From positions 139,874,001 to 139,938,000 of the forward strand of contig CM059431.1 of assembly GCA_030390025.1 (NCBI GenBank): a DNA stretch of 64,000 nt. The letters are read 5' to 3'. Position numbers and translations under genes: made by a program. The notes under the pieces were generated by a model, which did not search any database, was not told where the DNA came from, and saw only the letters and a list, made by a program, of their open reading frames with translations. The DNA comes from Squalus acanthias (lineage: Eukaryota). This document shows, one piece after another, positions 1 to 12,770 of this stretch; positions within the stretch are counted from its first letter, which is position 1, and every line of letters begins with the position of its first letter.

Positions 1-1295
1 TGTGCATCAGGATCCTGGCAAGTTTGTATGGGGTTTCACAGTGTATCAGGAACCTGCCAGGTGTGTATGGGGTCTCTCAGTGTATCAGGATCCTCCCTGG
101 TGTGTGTGGGGATTCACAGTGTATCAGGATCCTGCCAGTGTGTATGTGGTTTCACAGTGTAACATGATACTTCCAGGTATGTATGGTGTTTCACAGTGTA
201 TCAGGATCCAGCCAGGTATGTATGGAGTTTCACTGTGTAACATGATACTTCCAGGTATGTATGGGGTTTCACAGTGTATCAGGATCCTGCCAGGTGTGTA
301 TGGGGTTAAACAGTGTATCAAGACCATTCCAGGTGTTTCAGGGGTTTCACAGTGCATCAGGAACGTGCCTGGTGTTTATGGGGTTTCACAATGTATCAGG
401 ATCATGACAGTTATGTGTGGTTTTTCTCATTGTATCAGGATCCTGCCAGGTGTGTATGGCGTTTCCCAATTGTTTCAGGATCCTTTAAGGTGTCTATGGG
501 GTTTCACAGAGTATCAGGATCCAGCCAGGTGTGTATGGGGTCTCTCAGTGTATCAGGATCCTCCCTGGTGTGTGTGGGGATTCACAGTGTATCAGGATCC
601 TGCCAGTGTGTATGGGGTTTCACAGTGTAACATGATACTTCCAGGTATGTATGGTGTTTCACAGTGTATCAGGATCCAGCCAGGTATGTATGGGGTCTCT
701 CAGTGTATCAGGATCCTCCCAGGTGTGTATGGAGTTTCACAGTGTAACATGATACTTCCAGGTATGTATGGGGTTTCACAGTGTATCAGCATACTGCCAG
801 GTGTGTATGGGGTTAAACAGTGTATCAAGACCATTCCAGGTATTTCAGGGGTTTCACAGTGCATCAGGAACGTGCCTGGTGTTTATGGGGTTTCACAGTT
901 TATCAGGATCCTGACAGGAATGTGTGGGGTTTCACAGTGTATCAGGAACCTGCCAGGTGTGAATGAGGTTTCACAGTTTATCAGGATCCTGACAGCTGTG
1001 TGTGTGGTTTCTCATTGTATCAGGATCCTACCAGGTGCGTATGGGGTTTCACAGTGTATCAGGATCCTGCCAGGTGTGTATGGTGTTTCACAGTGTATCT
1101 GGATCCTACCAGGTGTGTATGGGGTTTCACAGTGTTTCAGGATCCAGCCAGGTGTGTATGGGGTTTCACAAAGTATCAGGAACCTGTCTGGAGTATATGG
1201 GGTTTCTCAGTGTATCAGGATCCTCCCAGGTATGTATGCGTTTTCACTGTTTATTAGGTCCCTGCCAGTTCTAAATAGGGTTTCACAGTTTATCA

Positions 1296-1803
1296 GTTCT
1301 TACCATGGAGGGGGTGCAGCGAAGATTCACCAGACTGATACCTGGGATGGCATGAATGACGTATGAAGAGAGATTGGGACTATTGGGCTTGTATTCGCTA
1401 GAGTTTAGAAGAATGAGAGGGGATCTCATCGAAACATATAAAATTCTGACAGGTCTGGACAAACTAGATGCAGGGAGAATGTTCCCGATGGTCGGAGAGC
1501 CCAGAACCAGGGGTCATAATCTACGGATAACGGGTGAACCATTTAGGACAGAAATGAGGAAGAATTTCTTCACCCAGAGAGTGGTGAACCTGTGGAATTC
1601 TCTACCACAGAAGGTAGTTGAGGCCAAGTCATTAAATATATTCAAGGTTGAGTTAGATATATTTCTTAAAGCTAAAGGTATCAAGGGATATGGGGAGAAG
1701 GCAGGTACAGGGTACTGAGTTTAGATGATCAGCCATGATCTCATCGAATGGCGGAGCAGGCTCGAGGGGCCGAATGGCCTACTCCTGCTCCTATCTTCTA
1801 TGT
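1296..1803 (+). mobile_element. 5'-truncated CR1 (HER1-like) LINE 3' end
   Basis: Encodes the CR1 ORF2 C-terminus (YEERLGLLGLYSLEFRRMRGDLIETYKIL...RKNFFTQRVVNLWNSLP). Followed by a 3' UTR gatcagccatgatc...gaggggccgaatggcctactcctgctcc and a ttctatgt tail. Confidence 0.93.
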
Positions 1804-4121
1804 ATGGGGTTTCACAATGCATCAGGATCCTGCAAGGTGTGTATGGGGTTTCACAGTGTATAAGGATCCTGCCAGATGTGAATGGGGTTTCACAGTGTAT
1901 CAGGCCACTGCCAGGTGTGTATGGCGTTTCTCAGTGAATCAGATATCTTCCAGTTGTGATAGGGGTTTCACATTGTATCAGTATCCTGCCAGGTGTGCAT
2001 CGCGTTTCGCAGTTTATCAGAATGCTGCCAGATGCGTATGGGGCTTCGCATTGTATCAGGATCCTGCCAGATATGTATGGGTTTTCACAGTGTATTACGA
2101 TCCTGCCAGGTATGTATGGGGTTTCACAGTGTATCAGGATACTGCTAGGTGTGTATGGGGTTTCTCAGTCAATCAGGTTCCTGCCAGGAGTGTATGTGGT
2201 ATCACATTGTATCAGGAACCTGCCAGGTTTGAAAGGTGATTCACAGTGTATCAGGATACTGCCAGGGACTTATTGGGTTTCACAGTGTATTGCGATCATA
2301 CCAGGTTTGTATGGGATTACAGTGTTTCAGGATCCTTCCAGGAGTGTATGGTATTTGACAGTGTATCTAGATCCAGCCAGGTATGCATGGGATTTCACAG
2401 TGTAATAGGTTCCTGCCAGTTGTGTCTGGTGTTGCGCAGTGTAACATGATCCTGCCAGTTGTGTCTGGTGTTGCGCAGTGTAACATGATCCTGCCAGGTG
2501 TGTATGCGGTTTCACAGTGTGTCAGGATCCTGCCCCGTGTGTATGGGGTTTCACATTCTATCAGCATCCTGCCAGAAGTGTATTTGGTTTCAGAGTTTTT
2601 CGGGATCCTGTCAGGTTTTTACAGGGTTTCTCAGTCTATCAGGATCCTGCCTGTTGTGTATGGGGTTTCACAGTGTATCAGTAACGTGCCAGATGTGTTT
2701 GGGTTACACAGTGTATCAGGATCCTGCCAGGAGTGAATGGGGTTTCACAGTGTATCGGAATCATGCCGTCGTTTATGGGGTTTCAAAGTGTATCAGGATC
2801 CTCCCAGGAATTTGTGCGGTTTCACAGTGTATCAGGAATCTGACAGGTGTTTATGAGGTTTAACAGTGCATCAGGAATCTGACAGCTGTCTGTGGGGTTT
2901 CTCATTTTATCAGAATTCTAGCAGGTGTGTATGGGGTTTTTCACTCAATCAGGTTCCTGCCAGTTTTGTATGGTGTTTCACATTGTATTACAATCCGGCC
3001 AGGTGTGTATGGCGTGTCACAGTGTATCAGGATGCTGCCAGGTGTGTCTGGGGCTTCACACTGTATCAGGATCCTGCCAGGTGTGTATGGGGTTTCACAG
3101 TGTATCAGGATCCTGCCAGGTGTGTATCGCGTTTCACATTTTATCAGGATCATGCCAGGTGTGTATGGAATTTTACAGTGATTCAGGATCCTTGTAGTTG
3201 TGTATGGGGTTTCAAAAATTGTCAGGATCCTGCCAGGTGTGTATGGGATTTCACAGTGTATCGGGATCCTGCCAGGTGTGTATGGGGTTTCCCAATTGTT
3301 TCAGGATCCTTTAAGGTGTCTATGGGGTTTCACAGTGTATCAGGATCCAGCCAGGTGTGTATGGGGTCTCTCAGTGTATCAGGATCCTCCCTGGTGTGTG
3401 TGGGGATTCACAGTGTATCAGGATCCTGCCAGTGTGTATGGGGTTTCACAGTGTAACATGATACTTCCAGGTATGTATGGTGTTTCACAGTGTATCAGGA
3501 TCCAGCCAGGTATGTATGGGGTCTCTCAGTGTATCAGGATCCTCCCAGGTGTGTATGGAGTTTCACAGTGTAACATGATACTTCCAGGTATGTATGGGGT
3601 TTCACAGTGTATCAGGATACTGCCAGGTGTGTATGGGGTTAAACAGTGTATCAAGACCATTCCAGGTATTTCAGGGGTTTCACAGTGCATCAGGAACGTG
3701 CCTGGTGTTTATGGGGTTTCACAGTTTATCAGGATCCTGACAGGAATGTGTGGGGTTTCACAGTGTATCAGGAACCTGCCAGGTGTGAATGAGGTTTCAC
3801 AGTTTATCAGGATCCTGACAGCTGTGTGTGTGGTTTCTCATTGTATCAGGATCCTACCAGGTGCGTATGGGGTTTCACAGTGTATCAGGATCCTGCCAGG
3901 TGTGTATGGTGTTTCACAGTGTATCTGGATCCTACCAGGTGTGTATGGGGTTTCACAGTGTTTCAGGATCCAGCCAGGTGTGTATGGGGTTTCACAAAGT
4001 ATCAGGAACCTGTCTGGAGTATATGGGGTTTCTCAGTGTATCAGGATCCTCCCAGGTATGTATGCGTTTTCACTGTTTATTAGGTCCCTGCCAGTTCTAA
4101 ATAGGGTTTCACAGTTTATCA

Positions 4122-4630
4122 GTTCTTACCATGGAGGGGGTGCAGCGAAGATTCACCAGACTGATACCTGGGATGGCATGAATGACGTATGAAGAGAGAT
4201 TGGGACTATTGGGCTTGTATTCGCTAGAGTTTAGAAGAATGAGAGGGGATCTCATCGAAACATATAAAATTCTGACAGGTCTGGACAAACTAGATGCAGG
4301 GAAGAATGTTCCCGATGGTCGGAGAGTCCAGAACCAGGGGTCATAATCTACGGATAACGGGTGAACCATTTAGGACAGAAATGAGGAAGAATTTCTTCAC
4401 CCAGAGAGTGGTGAACCTGTGGAATTCTCTACCACAGAAGGTAGTTGAGGCCAAGTCATTAAATATATTCAAGGTTGAGTTAGATATATTTCTTAAAGCT
4501 AAAGGTATCAAGGGATATGGGGAGAAGGCAGGTACAGGGTACTGAGTTTAGATGATCAGCCATGATCTCATCGAATGGCGGAGCAGGCTCGAGGGGCCGA
4601 ATGGCCTACTCCTGCTCCTATCTTCTATGT
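4122..4630 (+). mobile_element. Second copy of the same CR1 3' fragment, carried by the 2.83-kb duplication
   Basis: Same sequence and junctions as 1296-1803, with an extra A near 4302 causing a frameshift. Confidence 0.93.
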
Positions 4631-6599
4631 ATGGGGTTTCACAATGCATCAGGATCCTGCAAGGTGTGTATGGGGTTTCACAGTGTATAAGGATCCTGCC
4701 AGATGTGAATGGGGTTTCACAGTGTATCAGGCCACTGCCAGGTGTGTATGGCGTTTCTCAGTCAATCAGATATCTTCCAGTTGTGATAGGGGTTTCACAT
4801 TGTATCAGTATCCTGCCAGGTGTGCATCGCGTTTCGCAGTTTATCAGAATGCTGCCAGATGCGTATGGGGCTTCGCATTGTATCAGGATCCTGCCAGATA
4901 TGTATGGGTTTTCACAGTGTATTACGATCCTGCCAGGTATGTATGGGGTTTCACAGTGTATCAGGATACTGCTAGGTGTGTATGGGGTTTCTCAGTCAAT
5001 CAGGTTCCTGCCAGGAGTGTATGTGGTATCACATTGTATCAGGAACCTGCCAGGTTTGAAAGGTGATTCACAGTGTATCAGGATACTGCCAGGGACTTAT
5101 TGGGTTTCACAGTGTATTGCGATCATGCCAGGTTTGTATGGGATTACAGTGTTTCAGGATCCTTCCAGGAGTGTATGGTATTTGACAGTGTATCTAGATC
5201 CAGCCAGGTATGCATGGGATTTCACAGTGTAATAGGTTCCTGCCAGTTGTGTCTGGTGTTGCGCAGTGTAACATGATCCTGCCAGTTGTGTCTGGTGTTG
5301 CGCAGTGTAACATGATCCTGCCAGGTGTGTATGCGGTTTCACAGTGTGTCAGGATCCTGCCCCGTGTGTATGGGGTTTCACATTCTATCAGCATCCTGCC
5401 AGAAGTGTATTTGGTTTCAGAGTTTTTCGGGATCCTGTCAGGTTTTTACAGGGTTTCTCAGTCTATCAGGATCCTGCCTGTTGTGTATGGGGTTTCACAG
5501 TGTATCAGTAACGTGCCAGATGTGTTTGGGTTTTCACAGTGTATCAGGATCCTGCCAGGAGTGAATGGGGTTTCACAGTGTATCGGAATCATGCCGTCGT
5601 TTATGGGGTTTCAAAGTGTATCAGGATCCTCCCAGGAATTTGTGCGGTTTCACAGTGTATCAGGATTCTGACAGGTGTTTATGAGGTTTAACAGTGCATC
5701 AGGAATCTGACAGCTGTCTGTGGGGTTTCTCATTTTATCAGAATTCTAGCAGGTGTGTATGGGGTTTTTCACTCAATCAGGTTCCTGCCAGTTTTGTATG
5801 GTGTTTCACATTGTATTACAATCCGGCCAGGTGTGTATGGCGTGTCACAGTGTATCAGGATGCTGCCAGGTGTGTCTGGGGCTTCACACTGTATCAGGAT
5901 CCTGCCAGGTGTGTATGGGGTTTCACAGTGTATCAGGATCCTGCCAGGTGTGTATCGCGTTTCACATTTTATCAGGATCATGCCAGGTGTGTATGGAATT
6001 TTACAGTGATTCAGGATCCTTGTAGTTGTGTATGGGGTTTCAAAAATTGTCAGGATCCTGCCAGGTGTGTATGGGATTTCACAGTGTATCGGGATCCTGC
6101 CAGGTGTGTATGGGGTTTCACAGTGTATCAGGATCCTGTCAGGTGTGTATGGGGTTTCACAGTGTATCAGGATCCTGCCAGATGTGTACGGCGTTTGACA
6201 GTTTATCAGGATGCTGCCATTAGTGTATGTGGATTCACATTGTATCACGATCCTTCCAGGTGTGTATGGAGTTTGAAAGTGTATCAGGATCCTGCCAGGT
6301 GTGTATGGGGTTTCACAGTGTATCAGGATCCTGCCAGTTGTATTTGATGCGCAGTTGGATTAACTGAAGCATACAATACATGCAACTTTACCTATAATTT
6401 AAATATCGGATTTAATTTTAAAGTAAAGCTATGCAGAGCTTTTTTGGATTCATCGCGAATCCAAATGACGTTTAATGCTGTTTTCCCAGCCTTTGTACCT
6501 CTGACTGCCAGATTCTGACAACCTCTAAACCAACGGCTACTTTCAAACATTCTGATTCTCAACTGAATAAGCACTTTGAAATCTGCAGGTCATCATTAC

Positions 6600-6665
6600 C
6601 TTTAAGGTGCCTGGGTACTTCGGATAAACCTTGTCTGATGTTCATGTAATCAAATGGATCAGAAC
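6600..6665 (-). CDS. Gene A 66-nt linker exon (GSDPFDYMNIRQGLSEVPRHLK), expected to precede the NACHT exon
   Basis: Acceptor tttaaacag and donor G/gtaatg. Phase 1 to 1, in frame with the previous exon. Confidence 0.78.
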
Positions 6666-6770
6666 CTGTTTAAATCAATGAACTTTCATGAAATCAGATC
6701 TGTGTGATATTATAGTAAAATCTGCAGTATTTGAATCTGTATTTGAATTCAGTGTGTGATTTTACCGTAC

Positions 6771-6942
6771 CAAGTTCCTGTATTTCTCTCAGTATTTTGT
6801 CCAGCTTTGGTAACCTGTGGCGCATTTTCAGAAAGGATTCCCACATCACCCTTCGAGCCCCAGAGCCTTTCTCCATCACCAGAGTTAGGAGAAGTTTGGA
6901 ACTGTCCGCCCGGTTTCCCTTCTCCGCGAGCTCAGTGACTTT
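6771..6942 (-). CDS. Gene A exon encoding the second half of the death-fold/CARD-like N-terminal domain
   Basis: Acceptor tctttacag/AAA and donor CTT G/gtacgg. 172 nt, open frame KVTELAEKG...ILREIQELG. Confidence 0.82.
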
Positions 6943-7627
6943 CTGTAAAGAATAATAATGAATGTATTTGGGAGTGGAGTGAAAGATAAACACGGAGAAT
7001 GAGAAGGAAAGGATCTGCTCAGTGATGGGATCTCCCAGTTGTTAAGCACAGAAAGCAGTCACTGTGCCGGGTACTGATCTATTCTGAACATGGGCTGAAT
7101 ATTCTGTAAACATCTTGATTCACACATTAACGGCTAACAAATGAGATAGAAGGAAAATAGAAATCAGAAATATTGTTCTAGGCGAGCGAAGAATCACTGA
7201 GAATCGGCAATAGCTTTAATGGGATTAGTTTTCTCTGTCCATCAGTGTCCAAAATGACATCAGATTCCTGATTGACAATGTGATACACTTGTTTCTCACA
7301 CTTAGTTCCTGCTGTCACACTTTGTGATATAATTAGAAATAAAACAGCAGCGAATTAGAACTCCAGTGGCAGGGAAGGGATGGAGCTGAAGTGAGGGAAG
7401 CAGCTAGAAAACTGGCTGAGAAATTACAGCGAATATTCAAAACAACCACTGTTGATTTATTGGTCAGCAGAATCGACCAATAATAATAATAATGAGGAAA
7501 AATCCAATCACTCCGTTCGCTTGTTTCCTCGGTAATTGAAATGACAGACACTTTTTTACAGAATCGCTGCCGGTATGAAACCTCAGTAACCGGGAGCACG
7601 TGTCCACCAATAGATAGTCAGGATTTC

Positions 7628-8430
7628 CACCAACAACTTATATTTATATGGGGCTTTTAAAGTCGAAAAGCATCCCAGGGTGTTTCACAGAGGCGGAATC
7701 AGACAATGGACCCGAGACAAAGAGGGATAAATTAGCAGAGGTGGCCAGAAGCTAGAGGAAAGCTAAGGTTTAAGGAGTAGAGAGAGATGGAGAGGCGGAG
7801 GAGTTGATGGAGTGGATTCCTGAGCGTGGGGCCCAAGACAACTGAACGCTCAGCCAACAATAGCGGTGTGAAGGACTGGTGCACAAGAGGCAAGAGTCAG
7901 AGCAACGGAGAATTCCAGTGGCACGGGAGGCTATAGGGCTGGAGGAGGTTAAAGAGGTAGGGAAGGTCGAGGTCATTAAGTTATTTAAAGAGCATAATAA
8001 GAATTTTAAAATTAAAGCATTCGAGGAGCAGAAGCCATGAAAGGTGAGTGAGCACACCAGTGACATCTGAAGGAAACCTGGTCAGGGGCAGGCAGCAACA
8101 TTCTGGAGTAGCTGGAGATTACAAAAGGCGCAAGGAAGGAGGCCGATCAGGAGAGCATTGGAACAGTCGGGTCTGGACGTCACAAAGGTAAGGTTGAGTT
8201 TTCAGCAGGAGATGGGGCGAGGCAGGGGCGGGCAATGTTACGAAGATCTTTGTGATGGAGAGTATATGGGGCAGGGAGTTCAGCTCAATCTTGGACGCAG
8301 AGATTGCAGAACACCTGGCTTAGTCTCCAGCAGTGGCCGGGGAGGGAGATGGACTCAAGCGACGAGGATACGCAGCTTGTAGTGGGGTAGCAGACGATGG
8401 CATCAGTATTCCGAATGTTTCACTGGTGGA
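7628..8430 (-). mobile_element. Degraded L2-type LINE 3' portion
   Basis: Begins caacaacttatatttata...cttttaa...aaagcatccc, the same terminal motif as the elements at 16006 and 35534. The body is purine-rich on the plus strand. Confidence 0.65.
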
Positions 8431-8469
8431 AAATGGGGAGTGACGTTCCACACCAAGAGCGCAGGGACA

Positions 8470-8875
8470 GGTCATTTACCCAGTTGTGTATAGTTTTGGA
8501 AACTCAATTATAGGAAGGAAATAAAGGCAATTGGAAAACTGTTCAGCATGTTTAAAGGGGTGTTACTGGGATGTGCAATTTCTGGGCTGTGGAATTCCTG
8601 TTCGGTGGGAATTTGAGAAATTAGGGCTCATGCGACAAGAGTTGAACGGATTACGTGAGAAGTTGATGGAAGTCTTCAGTTTCTGAAAGCTTGTGCTGAA
8701 ATAAATGTTTAAAGATTGTTTCCACTGTTTGGTCAGAGGCCACAAATTTAGGCAAATTCGAAGTATTAAGGGCGAGGGTGAATACATTCATTTCCGTACA
8801 TGACGGTTAAAATGTATAATTAACTCCCACAAAGTTTTGCGGAAGCAAGTCGATAAATTGTTGTAAAAGATAATT
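8470..8875 (+). mobile_element. Highly degraded CR1 3' fragment
   Basis: Residual similarity to the CVQFW...YRKD and RGHKF motifs of the neighbouring CR1 copies. Confidence 0.5.
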
Positions 8876-8884
8876 CGGATCTAA

Positions 8885-9319
8885 GCGGCGGCAGCACCGG
8901 AGGAGGCGGCACCTTGTAGATTTAACGAACCAAAAACAAGGAGTGACGTCACAGGAACGCGATTGGTTGGTCATTATTTGTCTCCTTTTCTTGGTCATTG
9001 GTTTAAATTAAGAGCCGGGATTCAAAACTAAAAGTTCAAAACGTAAACACTTAATTAATTAAATATATTAGAGATGGCAGGGCAGGCGATGTGTTACTGC
9101 TGCAACATGTGGGAGCTGGTGGACACCATTGAGGTCCACGGCGACCACATTTGCAGTAAGTGTTGGTTGCCTGAGGAACTTCGGCTCTGGGTTGATGAGC
9201 TGGAATCCGAGCTTCAAACACTGAGACACATCAGAGACAGGAAGAGTTACCTGGACGCTGTGTTCCAGGAGACCGTCACACCCCTTAGATTAATTAATTC
9301 AAATTTGGTCTGTGGTTAG
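8885..9319 (+). mobile_element. CR1 5' UTR and ORF1 N-terminus (zinc-finger / coiled-coil start)
   Basis: ORF 9074-9319 reads MAGQAMCYCCNMWE...HICSKCWLPEELRLWVDELESEL, homologous to the ORF1 starts at ~22.9 kb and 58.4 kb. Confidence 0.8.
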
Positions 9320-10183
9320 GCTAAGTGTGTGGGCAAAAATCTGGTAGATGGAGTATAATGTGGGAAAATGCGAGGTTATCCACTTTGGTAGGAAAAATTA
9401 AAAAAGCAAATTATTATTTAAATGGGAAGCGATTACAAAAAGCTGAGGTACAGAGTAATCTGGAGGTCCTCGTACATGAATCACAAAAAGTTAGCATGCA
9501 GGTACAACAAGTTATTAGGAAGGCAAATGGAATGTTGACCTTTATTGCAAAGGGAATGGAGTATAAAATTAGGGAAGTCCTGTTACAACTGTACAGGGCG
9601 TTGGTGAGACCACTTCTGGAGTACTACGTAAATTTTTGGTATCCTTATTTAAGGAAGGATCTACTTGCATTGGAGACAGTTCAGAGAAGGTTCACGAGGT
9701 TGATTCCAGAGAAGAAGGGGTTGTCTTATGAAGAAACGTTTAGCACGTTGGGCCTATACTCATTGGAGTTTAGAAGAATGAGAGGGGATCTTATTGAAAC
9801 ATATAAGATTCTGAAGGGGCTTGACAGGGTAGATGCAGAGACGATGTTTCCCCTCGTGGGGGAATCTAGAACTAGGGGGCATAATTTCAGAATAAGGGAG
9901 CACCCATTTAAAACGGAAATGAGGAGGAATTTCTTCTCTCAGAGGTTCGTGAATATTTCGGAGTGTCTTCTCCAGAGAGCTGTGGAGGCTGGGTCATTGA
10001 ATATATTTAAGGTGAAGATACACAGATTTTTGAATGGTAAGGGAATCAACGGTTATGGGGAGCGGGCAGGGAAGTGCAGTTGAGGCCAAGATCAGATCAG
10101 CCATGATCTTATTGAATTTTCGGAGCAAGCTCGAGGGGCAAAATGACCTACTCCTGCTCCTACGTCTTATGTTCTTATGACTT
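9320..10183 (+). mobile_element. CR1 ORF2 C-terminal part, 3' UTR and tail
   Basis: Translates LLQLYRALVRPLLEY...GLYSLEFRRMRGDLIETYKIL and ends in a tcttatgttcttatg tail. Confidence 0.9.
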
Positions 10184-10838
10184 ATGTTAATAAGGCATAC
10201 GGAATACTTGCCTTTATTAGCCAAGGCATAGAATATATGAGCAGGCAGGTTATGCTTGAACTGTATAAAACATTAGTAAGGCCGCAGCTAGAATACTGTG
10301 TGCAGTTCTGGTCACCACATTACAGGAAGGATGTTATTGCACTAGAGGGGGTACAGTGAAGATTTACGAAGATGTTGCCTGGGCTGGGGAATTTTAGATA
10401 TGAGGAAAGATTGGATAGGATGGGGTTATTTTCTTTGGAACAGCGGAGGCTGAGGGGACACATAATTGAGGTGTATAAGAATATGAGGGGCTTAGATAGA
10501 GTGGATAGGAAGGACCTATTTCCCTTAGCAGAAGGGTCAATAACCAGGGTGCATACATTTAAAGTAATTTCTCGGAGGTTTAGAGGGGATCTGAGGAGAA
10601 TTTATTCCACCCAGATGTTGGTGGGGGTCTGGATCTCACTGGTTGAAAGGGTGGTAGAGGCAGAGACACTCATCACATTTAAAAATACTTGGATATGCAC
10701 TTGAAGTGCCATAACCTACAAGGCTACAGATTAAGTGCTGGAAAGTGGGATTAGGCTGGATAGCTCTTTGTCGGCCGGCACGGGCAAGATGGGCCGAATG
10801 GCCTCCCTCTGTGCTGTAAATTTCTATGATTCTATGAT
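10184..10838 (+). mobile_element. Second CR1 3' fragment from a different subfamily
   Basis: Translates KAYGILAFISQGIEY...LVRPQLEYCVQFWSPHYRKD and ends in a ttctatgattctatg tail. Confidence 0.9.
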
Positions 10839-10869
10839 TGTTTTGGAGAAAAAGGAATGTTAGGGTTCC

Positions 10870-11010
10870 TGGAGTGAACAGGTGTTTAGGATTAGACTAG
10901 GTGGGATATTAACGCTAATGGGTAGTGAGCAGGAGGTTGGGATTAGACTAGGTGGAATATTAACGGGAAAGCGTCGTGAGCAGGAAGTTGGGTTTAGACT
11001 GGGTGACTCA
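10870..11010. repeat. ~51-bp tandem repeat, about 3 diverged copies
   Basis: The motif (a/t)ttagact(a/g)ggtg occurs at 10891, 10942 and 10993. Confidence 0.75.
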
Positions 11011-11514
11011 GGGAGAAGATAACAAACAATTGCACAGTATTGATGGGGGACAGTCTGGTTTCTCCATCCCCACACTGCTTTTTTGGCTTGTTTCCTCTCT
11101 TTGTGTCTCACGATATTTCATCATTTGAGCTCTTCTGTTTTTAATGTATTTTCTTTAACCAACGGGGTTTTTTTTTGTGTCATCTAACATTTCCCCGATT
11201 TACTATTAAGTAGTTTCCTGGTCACTCAGCTCATTGCCTTCATTCTAACACCCGTCAATTGCCTCTGGTCTCTCCTTTTCCCAGTCCCACTAAAACCGTT
11301 TGCCTTTGTCTTCAGTCAACACAAGAGATATACCTGAACCGTTCCCCTGTCCTTTGTACAGAAACTGACGGATCCGCTGGGTATTTTCACTTCTTCATTT
11401 CATTGTTTCAGATTCACAATATTTGCTGTTTTATCAATTTCTTTGATATTTTTCAGGTTTCTATTGAGTAACATTCCACGATTCCAATATTTGATATTGC
11501 AACAATTCTCAGTG

Positions 11515-12180
11515 GCAGTGAGGAAAGCAAATCTGATGTTGGATGTGCTAACAGGTCAATATTGAGCCAAAATAGAGATAATCCTGGAACTTTATAAATC
11601 ATTGACCACACTTAGAATATTGTGTACAGTTCTGGTTGCCTCAGCAGAGAAAGGTTATTGCAGCTATTGAAGAGAACTAGAGTGATTGAGAGGGTGGTGG
11701 GGTTGGATTTGGAGGAGCAATTTTGTAAATTGGGTATATTCTCACTGGAAAAGAGAAAGCTGAGAGGTGATATGATCGCTGTTTCACTTTGCCAGTATAG
11801 TAGAACCAGAGGACATGGCCTGCGCTTGAAGGAGGGTAAATTCAAAACTACTCTGCGGAAGCAATATTTCAGTGAGCGAGTGGTCAATCTGGGGAACAGG
11901 CTCCCTAGGGAGATGGGGGAAGCAGTTTGTATTGATTCATTAAATGGAAAATTAGATAGATTTAATTCAGAATATCACATGATGGGATGTACTATATGAG
12001 TAATTTGAGATATGACATGTGGCAAGTGCAGCATGCTTGGGAGGAACAGGTGTCTTTGGATCTATGGTTCTCAACGCTCTCCACCTCTGGGGTTTTCCTC
12101 AACTAAGTCTGTTGTAGACTAACTTTTAGAGATCGATTTGTCAACAACTCCATTATCACTGTAGCATTGGACTACGTGGA
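11515..12180 (+). mobile_element. Old CR1 3' fragment
   Basis: Translates KLGIFSLEKRKLRGDMI...RTRGHGLRL...FSERVVNLGNRLP. Confidence 0.75.
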
Positions 12181-12281
12181 TGTTAGAAGGGGAAATACAC
12201 AGACCTCGGTCTTTTCTCATTTAATAATTCCTTTGTTCTTATGTTAGGACATTCTGTCAGTTCTGTGTCCCTCCCACTTAC

Positions 12282-12448
12282 GTGATATTCTTGTCCACTG
12301 AAATGGTCCTCGCCCGTTAACCAGAGACTGAGTCCCTCCACACCCTCTTCAACCGCCTGTTCCAGTCTGTCCTGGTAGAATTTCGTCAACTAGAAGAGCT
12401 GGTAATCGTCGCACTTTGTCAAGAACTTATTGATTGTCGAGTTCGGAT
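12282..12448 (-). pseudogene. Gene A exon encoding the first half of the death-fold-like domain, with an in-frame TAG at 12392-12390
   Basis: Acceptor ttctttgtgttcacag and donor CAC/gtaagt. 167 nt, phase 1 to 0. Reads ...DDYQLF*LTKFYQDRL... Confidence 0.82.
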
Positions 12449-12569
12449 CTGTGAACACAAAGAACCACATTAACAAACACCTTCTGAAAACCCAAAAGTC
12501 AATTCTGTTCAAATTTGTCAAACACGCCATATCAACAGCTTATCGGTTCTAACCACCCCGATCATCCCC

Positions 12570-12770
12570 TGTATCTGTAAATGTTCACTATTCGACCTTC
12601 AAATACAGATTCCAGCAGTTTACTCTCAACACAGTCTCCCCCTCTATCTCATCTCCACTGCTCGATAGCCTACAAAACCCACCGCGAAATGTGCTAATCC
12701 CCTTCATATTCCTTAACTGTATACATATAGATTCTATCTTAACATAATCCAGGGAACATCCTTGTGTTCC
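12570..12770 (-). mobile_element. Degraded CR1 endonuclease-region fragment
   Basis: Translates ESICIQLRNMKGIST...GDEIEGE, similar to the IWVELKNKKG segment of the CR1 at 57.1 kb. Confidence 0.5.

Larger units (their letters stand above)
462..6118. repeat. Near-identical ~2.83-kb tandem duplication (satellite plus CR1 fragment)
   Basis: The variant cccaattgtttcaggatcctttaagg occurs at 465 and 3291 (offset 2826). The CR1 fragment and the order of unit variants are repeated with only a few substitutions and 1-nt indels. Confidence 0.92.
1..6345. repeat. 39-bp satellite array, consensus CACAGTGTATCAGGATCCTGCCAGGTGTGTATGGGGTTT, interrupted by two copies of a CR1 3' fragment
   Basis: The unit recurs throughout. 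It translates as 13-aa repeats (VYGVSQCIRILPG), confirming a 39-bp period. The array runs off the left edge. Confidence 0.95.

Noticed and set aside
2..6347. Long ORFs (454, 330, 226 aa) of VYGVSQCIRILPG-type repeats as a repeat protein
   Set aside because: A 39-bp unit keeps several frames and both strands open. The frames shift freely at indels and run into LINE sequence out of frame.
6694..6993. 99-aa single-exon ORF as listed in the track
   Set aside because: Only 6942-6771 is exon; the flanks are intron read-through past clear splice sites.
7480..7625. Intronic promoter/enhancer (two CCAAT, GGAAA motifs)
   Set aside because: Short motifs only, with no paralogous conservation available in the window to support them.
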